Shown here one piece after another: positions 55,701-62,877 of a DNA stretch of 62,877 nucleotides. Source of the stretch: Patescibacteria group bacterium (lineage in GTDB: Bacteria; Patescibacteriota; Microgenomatia; UBA10105; UBA927); the NCBI GenBank assembly GCA_041753515.1, contig JBGSUE010000032.1, positions 1 to 62,877 on the forward strand. The letters run 5' to 3'. The notes under the pieces were generated by a model, which saw only the letters and a list, made by a program, of their open reading frames with translations, was not told the DNA's origin and searched no databases. The first letter of the stretch is position 1; each line of letters begins with the position of its first letter. The translations under genes were made by a program, and so were the position numbers.

Positions 55701-56971
55701 ACGATTCTCATCAAATATCAAACCATCAATTGGCTATTGAGGCAATTAAGAAAAAACTTATTGGGAAATCACTTAATTACAATGAAATTTTTGCCATTAT
55801 GGATCAGATTGCGAAAGAACGGTTGGGACCGGTTTTGACAACATATTTTGCAGCCGCGGGTTTTAAAGAAGGGTTCAGCAACGATGAATTGTATTTTCTT
55901 ACCAAAGCCATGGTGGCAACCGGTCCAAGACTGCATTTTGATGGTATAGTGGCTGGAAAGCATTCGACCGGTGGAGTGGCCGGTACCCGAACGACAATGA
56001 TTGTCGTACCGATTGTAGCGGCGGCAGGGTATACAATTCCGAAAAATTCAACCCGCGCAATAACATCTCCAGCGGGTACTGCAGACACGATGGAGGTTCT
56101 GTGCCCCGTGACTTTTTCAGTGGACCAAATTACCGATATTGTCGGTACTATTGGCGGATGTATAGTTGAAGGGGGTTATTTAGGACTCGCACCAGCCGAT
56201 GATGTTATTATTGAAATCGAAAAACCGATCGCATTCGAGTCATATGATAAATTTATCGTGTCCATTATGGCAAAGCAAATTGCAAGCGGTGTGACACATT
56301 TAGTATTGGATATTCCTGTTGGACCAACGATGAAAATTCAGCATTTTAAGGATGCTGCAATGATCGCGAATAAATTTACGTTTTTAGGCGAACGGTTTGG
56401 ACTGCACGTTGTTGCTGACATAAATGAAATGAAACAGAATGCAGGACGTGGAGTGGGACCGCTCCTGGAAGCACGGGATGTTTTGGAAGTGCTTGAACAG
56501 AAAGAAAATCGTTCACGGGAACTTGAAGAAAAAGCAGTACGACTGGCAGGAAAATTATTAACAATCTGTCTGTCATCAGATAATCATACGATGAATGATG
56601 TGAGCGGTGAATCATTGGCAAGGGACATGCTGGAAAACGGGAAAGCTTTGAAAAAAATGAAAGAGATCATAAAAGCACAGGGAGGAGATCCTGAAATTTC
56701 ATCAGCTCACATCCAAACTGCGAAGCATATGTATCAAATGAAAAGCAAGAAGAGCGGAAGTGTCCGAGCAATAGACAATCAACAGGTTTCAGCAATTTGC
56801 AGGATATTAGGGTGTCCGACAGAAAAGAAAGCAGGGATGTACATGAATAAAAAAATTGATGACAGTGTGGACAAAGGTGATATACTATGTACGTTTTATG
56901 CAGAAGACTCCTTTAGGCTGAAGGAGGCAGTATGGACACTCATGCACACAAATATATATTCTTTAATCTAA
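55697..56971 (+). CDS. Thymidine/AMP phosphorylase family protein (archaeal-type DeoA-like)
   Basis: GKHSTGGVAGTRTT, TSPAGTADTME and a PYNP C-terminal domain. ATGA overlap with the sortase stop. Confidence 0.8.
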   Translation: MNDSHQISNHQLAIEAIKKKLIGKSLNYNEIFAIMDQIAKERLGPVLTTYFAAAGFKEGFSNDELYFLTKAMVATGPRLHFDGIVAGKHSTGGVAGTRTTMIVVPIVAAAGYTIPKNSTRAITSPAGTADTMEVLCPVTFSVDQITDIVGTIGGCIVEGGYLGLAPADDVIIEIEKPIAFESYDKFIVSIMAKQIASGVTHLVLDIPVGPTMKIQHFKDAAMIANKFTFLGERFGLHVVADINEMKQNAGRGVGPLLEARDVLEVLEQKENRSRELEEKAVRLAGKLLTICLSSDNHTMNDVSGESLARDMLENGKALKKMKEIIKAQGGDPEISSAHIQTAKHMYQMKSKKSGSVRAIDNQQVSAICRILGCPTEKKAGMYMNKKIDDSVDKGDILCTFYAEDSFRLKEAVWTLMHTNIYSLI

Positions 56972-56972
56972 T

Positions 56973-57164
56973 ATGTTTAAAAATATTATTGCACCGATTC
57001 AAGCATGGATGCTCTCCCAGGGAAAATGTGTGGGATGCGGTAAGGATTTAGAAAAGATGAGCGGTAAGGGATACACAAGAGTGGTATGTGTATGCGGACG
57101 GATATATATGTATGATGAAGCAGGTCGGAAGTTCAGAAGGGCAACATTAGATGAAGCAAAATAA
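56973..57164 (+). CDS. Small putative zinc-ribbon protein
   Basis: 63 aa with CVGC...CVC spacing. Tightly packed between neighbouring genes. Confidence 0.4.
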   Translation: MFKNIIAPIQAWMLSQGKCVGCGKDLEKMSGKGYTRVVCVCGRIYMYDEAGRKFRRATLDEAK

Positions 57165-58131
57165 ATTTCTCATTCATAGAATTATCATTTTTACCCTCGT
57201 TGTGTGCGGTACCATTATTGGTTCATGGTTATGGTGGAATGATGGTGTCGCAGCAGTTGAGACCGGAAATACAGACCCTGTTACTTTTTCTATAGATAAG
57301 GGAGAAGATATTAAATCAGTTGTTACCCGTTTAGCGCAAAATAGGATAATCCGAAGCCCGACAGCTTTTTATGTTTTGATAAAAATCAGCGGACTGGAAC
57401 GTCAGATTCAGGCAGGAAATTTCCGTTTAAGCCGGGATATGGACGGTAAAACCATTGCGCAAACATTGACTCATGGAGTAAATGATATTTGGATAACCCT
57501 CATAGAAGGATGGCGTAATGAGGAAATAGCAGCAGTTCTTTTAAAGGAACTTGATATACCGGAATCGCAATTTATGTCGCAGGGCAGGATCGGATATATG
57601 TTTCCCGATACATATTTAATTCCACAGGAAGCCACTGCAGGTGCGGTAGTACAAATATTTTCTGATACTTTCGAGAAAAATGTCACCCAGGCTTTGAAAG
57701 AAAAAATTGCGTCATCAGAAATGTCTCTTGATGAAATTGTCATTATGGCATCAATTGTTGAACGTGAAGGAAAGAGTGATCAGGACCGTCCGATCATAGC
57801 CGGAATACTTTTTAATCGCATGAAGGATAATTATCCGCTTGAAGTTGATGCCACAGTGCAATATGCACTTGGATATCAACCTGAAGAAAAAACATGGTGG
57901 AAGAAATCATTATATCAGCAGGATAAAGAAATTGATTCTCCATATAATACCTATAAATATGCCGGACTTCCGCCAAGTGCAATATGTAATCCCGGCCTGG
58001 AATCGATCAGGGCAGTAGTATATCCTCAAGTAACAGATTATTATTATTATTTACATGATGCAACCGGAGAACTTCATTATGCGCGGACATTTGAAGAGCA
58101 TGAACAAAATATCAGCCGGTATTTACGATAA
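57151..58131 (+). CDS. mltG: Endolytic murein transglycosylase MltG (YceG family)
   Basis: N-terminal TM helix, LysM-like segment, catalytic SIVEREG context, and YNTYKYAGLPPSAICNPG motif. Confidence 0.85.
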   Translation: MKQNKFLIHRIIIFTLVVCGTIIGSWLWWNDGVAAVETGNTDPVTFSIDKGEDIKSVVTRLAQNRIIRSPTAFYVLIKISGLERQIQAGNFRLSRDMDGKTIAQTLTHGVNDIWITLIEGWRNEEIAAVLLKELDIPESQFMSQGRIGYMFPDTYLIPQEATAGAVVQIFSDTFEKNVTQALKEKIASSEMSLDEIVIMASIVEREGKSDQDRPIIAGILFNRMKDNYPLEVDATVQYALGYQPEEKTWWKKSLYQQDKEIDSPYNTYKYAGLPPSAICNPGLESIRAVVYPQVTDYYYYLHDATGELHYARTFEEHEQNISRYLR

Positions 58132-58141
58132 AACTTGGATA

Positions 58142-58169
58142 TTGACAAGAATGTATTAATGTATATAAT
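58142..58169 (+). promoter_or_regulatory. Consensus sigma70-type promoter TTGACA-16-TATAAT upstream of rpoB
   Basis: TTGACA at 58142-58147 and TATAAT at 58164-58169, with a 16-nt spacer. The rpoB ATG lies 109 nt downstream. Confidence 0.6.
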
Positions 58170-58193
58170 TCAATATATTCCTTTTGCCAATTG

Positions 58194-58222
58194 AGGCGAA
58201 CGTTCATTGTTCGCTTCTTTTT
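58194..58222 (+). promoter_or_regulatory. Leader hairpin plus T-tract between promoter and rpoB (possible attenuator)
   Basis: GCGAAC (58196-58201) pairs with GTTCGC (58209-58214) across a 7-nt loop. The stem extends by A-T and G-T pairs and is followed by TTCTTTTT. Confidence 0.35.
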
Positions 58223-58277
58223 GTCGTTTTGTTAAATATTTTACATAGAAATTGCAGAAATTATTAATGTACGAGTA

Positions 58278-61200
58278 ATGTCAAAATCTGTATCAAAACC
58301 ATCACGTATTATTTGGGGCAACCAGTATTCGAATTTACCAGAATTAGATCTCACGCTTGTCCAGAGAGAATCCTATCAATTGTTCTTGGAAAACGGAATA
58401 CGTGAACTACTCGAAGAGATTTCGCCAATATCAGATTTTACCGGAAAGAATTGGGAACTTTCATTTGGTGATTATTTTTTCGGTAAACCCCGTCTTACAC
58501 CCGGTCAGGCAAAGGACAAGGGCTTGACGTATGATATGTCGCTTCGGGTTATGACGACGCTTACGAATAAACAGAATGGTCATCATGTATCTCAGGAGGT
58601 TTTTCTTGGTGATATTCCTACCATGACGGAGCATGGGACTTTTATAATCAATGGAATTGAACGGTGCGTCGTGAATCAGCTTGTGAGGTCTCCGGGGATC
58701 TATTATACAGGTACAATCGATTCAACGACCGGGAGAACACTCTATAGTGCTGAAATCAGACCTATGCACGGCAGCTGGTTGGAATTTATTATTACCCGCA
58801 ATGATGTCATTATGGTTAGAATAGACAGAAGAAGGAAATTCGTAGCAAGTACATTTTTACGGACAATTGGATTAGGCTCCGATGATGATATCAAGCAATT
58901 TTTTTCTGAAGTGGATACAAACCATGATCATGCATATATTGATACGACATTGGCAAAAGATCCCACAAAAAATCAGACAGAGGCCGTTTTGGAATTTTAT
59001 CGCAAATTACGTCCCGGTGAGCCGGTCGTACTTGAAAATGCACAAGAACTTCTGCGTTCGATGTTTTTTGACTATCGCCGTTATTCACTTGAAAAAGTCG
59101 GACGATATAAAATGAACAAAAAATTGGGTATTGATGTACCTAATGATAAGGATCATTGGGTTTTAACCCGGGAGGATATTATCGGAAGCATCCGGTACTT
59201 GATACTTCTTGCCAACGGCAAAGGAGATGTGGACGATATTGACCATTTGGGAAACCGGAGAGTGCGTCGTGTCGGTGAACTCGTCATGACGAATGCATTC
59301 AGGGTTGGTTTATTGCGCCTTGAAAGATCTGTGCGTGAAAAAATGAGTTTAGCTGGTCCAACAGCTATTGATCTTACACCATCTCAACTTGTCAACGCAC
59401 GGCCGATAATTGCAGCAATTAATGATTTTTTCCGTACAAGTCAATTGTCGACAATTCTTGATCAGACAAATCCATTATCTGAAGTTGACAACCTTCGGAG
59501 GCTTACCGTTATGGGTATCGGTGGAATATCCAGAGAACGTGCATCGTTTTCGATACGTGATATCAATGCATCACAATACGGAAGAATCTGTCCGGTGCGA
59601 AGTCCTGAAGGGCCCAATATTGGACTTGTTACATACATGTCACTCTATACACGAGTGAATGACTATGGTTTTCTTGAAGCTCCATATAGAAAGATAGAAA
59701 AGATTTCGAATAATAACACGGTGAAAATGAAAATTACTGATCGTATTGAATATCTTGATGCAAGTGATGAACAGTATCATTATATTACACATGCAACAGT
59801 ACCAATCAATGATGAAGGGGAAATTGTTCATGCACGTGTTCCTGTCCGTTATAAGGGAGAATTTTTAGAAACTGATACTGAAAACGTAGAGTATATAGAT
59901 GCTGTACCAAGGGAAGTTGTCGGCGGACCTGCATCATTAATTCCATTTTTGGCCAATGATGAAGCCAATAGAGCATTGATGGGCACCCATATGCAATGCC
60001 AATCAGTTCCATTGCTCCTGCCTCAGTCGCCTATTGTTGGTACAGGAATGGAAGTATCAATAGCCGCGGCAATGGAACGGGTTATTACAGCAAAAGATGA
60101 AGGTGTAGTAACGTACGGAGACGGATCGAAAATCGAGGTTGAGTATCAGAATGGACAAACCGAATCATTTATTGTTGATAAGTTTTCACGTTCTTCACAG
60201 TCGACGTGCTACAACCAGAGAGTCATGGTGTCAACAGGAGATAAAGTCGTGAGAGGTAGTGTGCTTATTGATGGGCCGGCATGTGAAAATGGAGAGTTAG
60301 CGCTTGGGTCAAACGTGACAATCGCATATATGAGTTTCGACGGATTGGGGTATGAAGATGCAATAGTAATTTCGGAAAGATTGGTTCGTGAGGATATTTT
60401 GACAAGTATCAATATTGAGGAATATGAGGTCAGTGTTGTTGATACAAAGTTAGGACCGGAAGAGACAACACGTGATATTCCGAATGTGGGAGAAGAAGCG
60501 TTGCGCAATCTGGATACTGATGGAATTATTGTTGTGGGATCGGAAGTCGGACCGAATGACATCCTTGTAGGAAAGATTGCACCAAAGGGAGAAACTGAAC
60601 TTACCGCAGAAGAGCGTCTTCTTCGTGCAATATTCGGTGAAAAAGCCAGAGAAGTCCGCGATACAAGTTTACGGATTCCACACGGAGAACGTGGAACAGT
60701 TATTGATGTAAAAATATTAGATAAGGAAAAAGGTGATGAGCTTGAACCGGGAACTAATAGGAAAATTATTATCAAAGTTGCACAGGTGCGAAAAGTGGTA
60801 GTCGGAGATAAACTTGCAGGACGTCATGGCAATAAAGGGGTTATTTCAAAAATTGTTCCACAGGCAGATATGCCATATCTTGAGGACGGTACTGTCGTAG
60901 ATGTCATTATTTCGCCATTATCAGTGCTGTCGAGGATGAATTTAGGGCAGCTTATGGAGGCACATCTCGGATTTGCGGCAGAAAAATTAGGAAAGAAAAT
61001 TGGACTTCCGGTATTTGAGAAGATCAGGGAAGAGCTTATTACGGAAATGCTTCGGGAAGCAGGTTTGTCTGAAGACGGGAAGAGCATGTTGTTCGATGGA
61101 CGATCCGGAACCCCGTTTAAAGAACCGATAGTTGTTGGGACGGGATATATCATGAAGCTTATCCATATGGTAGAGGATAAAACTCATGCCAGATCAACAG

Positions 61201-61640
61201 GTCCATATTCCTTAGTTACACAGCAGCCGCTCGGAGGTAAAGCGCAGATGGGAGGACAACGTTTGGGTGAAATGGAGGTTTGGGCCCTCGAAGCACATAG
61301 AGCTTCACATATTTTGCAGGAAATGCTGACAATAAAATCAGATGATGTAGTCGGCCGTGCTAAAGCATTTGAAGCAATTGTAAAAGGAACGGATATTCCC
61401 GCCTCAACTGTACCGGAATCATTTAAAGTATTAGTAAAGGAACTACAGGCATTAGGACTCAATGTGAATCCGACTGGTGTTGTTCTCGCTAAGCCTTTTG
61501 TCCAAAACACACAAACTCAGACAGCATCTGATGAAGAAAAAACAGTTGTGGCAGCTAAGGAACTTGCATCAGCAAGCGGTGAAGAAAAGGTTGAAGATAT
61601 CCCGGAGGCGGTACAGGATGCTACAAGAGAGGAAGCATAA
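58278..61640 (+). CDS. rpoB: DNA-directed RNA polymerase subunit beta
   Basis: 1120 aa with canonical blocks ([63 protein letters not shown]). Confidence 0.95.
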   Translation: MSKSVSKPSRIIWGNQYSNLPELDLTLVQRESYQLFLENGIRELLEEISPISDFTGKNWELSFGDYFFGKPRLTPGQAKDKGLTYDMSLRVMTTLTNKQNGHHVSQEVFLGDIPTMTEHGTFIINGIERCVVNQLVRSPGIYYTGTIDSTTGRTLYSAEIRPMHGSWLEFIITRNDVIMVRIDRRRKFVASTFLRTIGLGSDDDIKQFFSEVDTNHDHAYIDTTLAKDPTKNQTEAVLEFYRKLRPGEPVVLENAQELLRSMFFDYRRYSLEKVGRYKMNKKLGIDVPNDKDHWVLTREDIIGSIRYLILLANGKGDVDDIDHLGNRRVRRVGELVMTNAFRVGLLRLERSVREKMSLAGPTAIDLTPSQLVNARPIIAAINDFFRTSQLSTILDQTNPLSEVDNLRRLTVMGIGGISRERASFSIRDINASQYGRICPVRSPEGPNIGLVTYMSLYTRVNDYGFLEAPYRKIEKISNNNTVKMKITDRIEYLDASDEQYHYITHATVPINDEGEIVHARVPVRYKGEFLETDTENVEYIDAVPREVVGGPASLIPFLANDEANRALMGTHMQCQSVPLLLPQSPIVGTGMEVSIAAAMERVITAKDEGVVTYGDGSKIEVEYQNGQTESFIVDKFSRSSQSTCYNQRVMVSTGDKVVRGSVLIDGPACENGELALGSNVTIAYMSFDGLGYEDAIVISERLVREDILTSINIEEYEVSVVDTKLGPEETTRDIPNVGEEALRNLDTDGIIVVGSEVGPNDILVGKIAPKGETELTAEERLLRAIFGEKAREVRDTSLRIPHGERGTVIDVKILDKEKGDELEPGTNRKIIIKVAQVRKVVVGDKLAGRHGNKGVISKIVPQADMPYLEDGTVVDVIISPLSVLSRMNLGQLMEAHLGFAAEKLGKKIGLPVFEKIREELITEMLREAGLSEDGKSMLFDGRSGTPFKEPIVVGTGYIMKLIHMVEDKTHARSTGPYSLVTQQPLGGKAQMGGQRLGEMEVWALEAHRASHILQEMLTIKSDDVVGRAKAFEAIVKGTDIPASTVPESFKVLVKELQALGLNVNPTGVVLAKPFVQNTQTQTASDEEKTVVAAKELASASGEEKVEDIPEAVQDATREEA

Positions 61641-61642
61641 AT

Positions 61643-62877
61643 ATGGATAGAAAAGGAAATTTTAATAACATCATTGATTTTTCGGGTCTTCAGGTGAAGC
61701 TTGCTTCCCCTGACGAGATAAAATCGTGGTCGTACGGGGAAGTTACAAAACCGGAAACCATAAATTACAGAACCCTGAAACCTGAAAAAGACGGGTTATT
61801 TGATGAACGGATTTTCGGTCCCACAAAAGACTGGGAATGTTATTGCGGAAAATATAAAAGGATACGGTACCGGGGGATTATATGCGATAAATGCGGCGTT
61901 GAGGTGACTCAAAGCAAAGTCCGCCGTGAACGGATGGGGCATATTACATTAGCTGCGCCGGTTGTTCATGTATGGTTTTTCAAGGGTGCTCCATCCAAGT
62001 TGTCTTTGCTTTTGGATATAAGCCCACGCGCGCTTGAAGGTGTTATATATTTTGCACAATATTTAATCATAAAAGTAGATGAAGAAAAAAAGAAAAGTGT
62101 TATTGAAAAAATTCAGCAGACTGGTGAGAAACGCATACACGATGTGGAAGAAAAATTTGAAACGGAAAAGAAAGCAAAATATGAAGAGTCCGACAGTCAA
62201 AAGAAAAACCTTAAAGAAAAATTGAAAAGTGAAACAAAAGAAGTTGCACTCTCAGAGCTTGAGCTGAAGGTAAAACAGGAAATTAAGAATTTGGAAGAGC
62301 AGATGAAAAAAGAGATCGAAAAAACAAAACAGGTTCTTGACTCGCTTCTTTCAATTGTCCGCAGCATACGGCAATTCGCAACATTATCTGAAGATGAATA
62401 TTTAAGACTTCTGGATTACGATGCAACGTCGTGTTTTACTGTTGCAATGGGTGCAGAGGCTATATCGGACGTTATAACAAAGATTGATCTGGACAAACTT
62501 GCAGCTGATTTGCGTGAAGAGATCCAAGGAAGTTCCGGACAGCGTCATATCAAAGCTACGAAGCGATTGCGGGTGGTAGATGGTATTCGCAGGGCTCATG
62601 TTAATCCTTCCTGGATGATTATGAATATTTTGCCGGTTATCCCGCCGGATTTGCGTCCGATGGTTCAATTGACAGGCGGCCGGTTTGCGACAAGCGATTT
62701 GAATGATTTATACAGACGGGTGATTAATCGGAATAATAGATTGCGGCATCTCATGGATCTGGGAGCTCCGGAAATAATTTTGCGCAACGAAAAACGAATG
62801 CTTCAGGAGGCTGTAGATAGTCTTATTGATGCAACTCAGCGTCCGTCATCCCGTGCTGTTATTCAGCCTCTGCGATC
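61643..62877 (+). CDS. rpoC: DNA-directed RNA polymerase subunit beta-prime, N-terminal part (3' end outside window)
   Basis: My own translation from ATG 61643 (not in the ORF track, no stop in window) gives ...[38 protein letters not shown] (zinc ribbon)...[39 protein letters not shown]. Confidence 0.95.
   Translation, partial: MDRKGNFNNIIDFSGLQVKLASPDEIKSWSYGEVTKPETINYRTLKPEKDGLFDERIFGPTKDWECYCGKYKRIRYRGIICDKCGVEVTQSKVRRERMGHITLAAPVVHVWFFKGAPSKLSLLLDISPRALEGVIYFAQYLIIKVDEEKKKSVIEKIQQTGEKRIHDVEEKFETEKKAKYEESDSQKKNLKEKLKSETKEVALSELELKVKQEIKNLEEQMKKEIEKTKQVLDSLLSIVRSIRQFATLSEDEYLRLLDYDATSCFTVAMGAEAISDVITKIDLDKLAADLREEIQGSSGQRHIKATKRLRVVDGIRRAHVNPSWMIMNILPVIPPDLRPMVQLTGGRFATSDLNDLYRRVINRNNRLRHLMDLGAPEIILRNEKRMLQEAVDSLIDATQRPSSRAVIQPLR

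Noticed and set aside
1-62877. Possible alternative genetic code (UGA recoding, as in some CPR lineages).
   Set aside because: Many well-conserved genes (HDAC 3474-3476, sortase, upstream partners of ATGA/GTGA overlaps) terminate at TGA at the expected protein length, and conserved genes contain no in-frame TGA. The standard code 11 fits.

Overview
Gene-dense (about 90% coding) chromosomal segment using the standard code, with TGA as a stop. Gene content and architecture suggest a small-genome monoderm bacterium of the Candidate Phyla Radiation/Patescibacteria, possibly Microgenomates-like; this assignment is inference only. Recognisable housekeeping genes: partial P-type ATPase, mscL, YjjX NTPase, typA/bipA, uppP, metG, a short alaS, rmuC, tatD, mltG, rpoB and the 5' part of rpoC. 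Functional blocks: (1) a RelE/Phd toxin-antitoxin pair; (2) a translationally coupled HDAC-type deacetylase plus an 891-aa ADP-forming acyl-CoA synthetase/GNAT fusion (Pat-like); (3) a histidine kinase and CheY-like receiver followed by a type IV pilus cluster (pilB, pilC, pilM-pilN fusion, PilO-like, pilin); (4) two paralogous class A PBPs separated by an AT-rich ~5.7 kb insert holding a 1206-aa orphan protein, an SDR and a transglutaminase-like protein; (5) a minus-strand envelope glycosylation cluster (UbiA-type phosphoribosyltransferase, WecA/MraY-like GT4, GT-C, two GT2); (6) an actin-like/TM/ectodomain protein with a sortase and an AMP/thymidine-phosphorylase-like gene. I found no rRNA, tRNA, CRISPR array, transposase, integrase, reverse transcriptase or cas gene. 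Non-genic signals: two related families of ~75-100 bp palindromic intergenic repeats (6 copies, one inside a 234-bp MITE-like element), a 36-bp in-frame tandem repeat, a ~600-nt hairpin-rich noncoding gap that may encode an RNA, and a repeated arrangement where a -10 hexamer sits 6-8 nt before the ATG of operon-first genes (leaderless mRNAs). The best candidates for something new are the orphan giant gene and its island between the PBP paralogs, the leaderless architecture, and the structured noncoding gap. All functional calls come from motif recognition by eye; no database search was possible.
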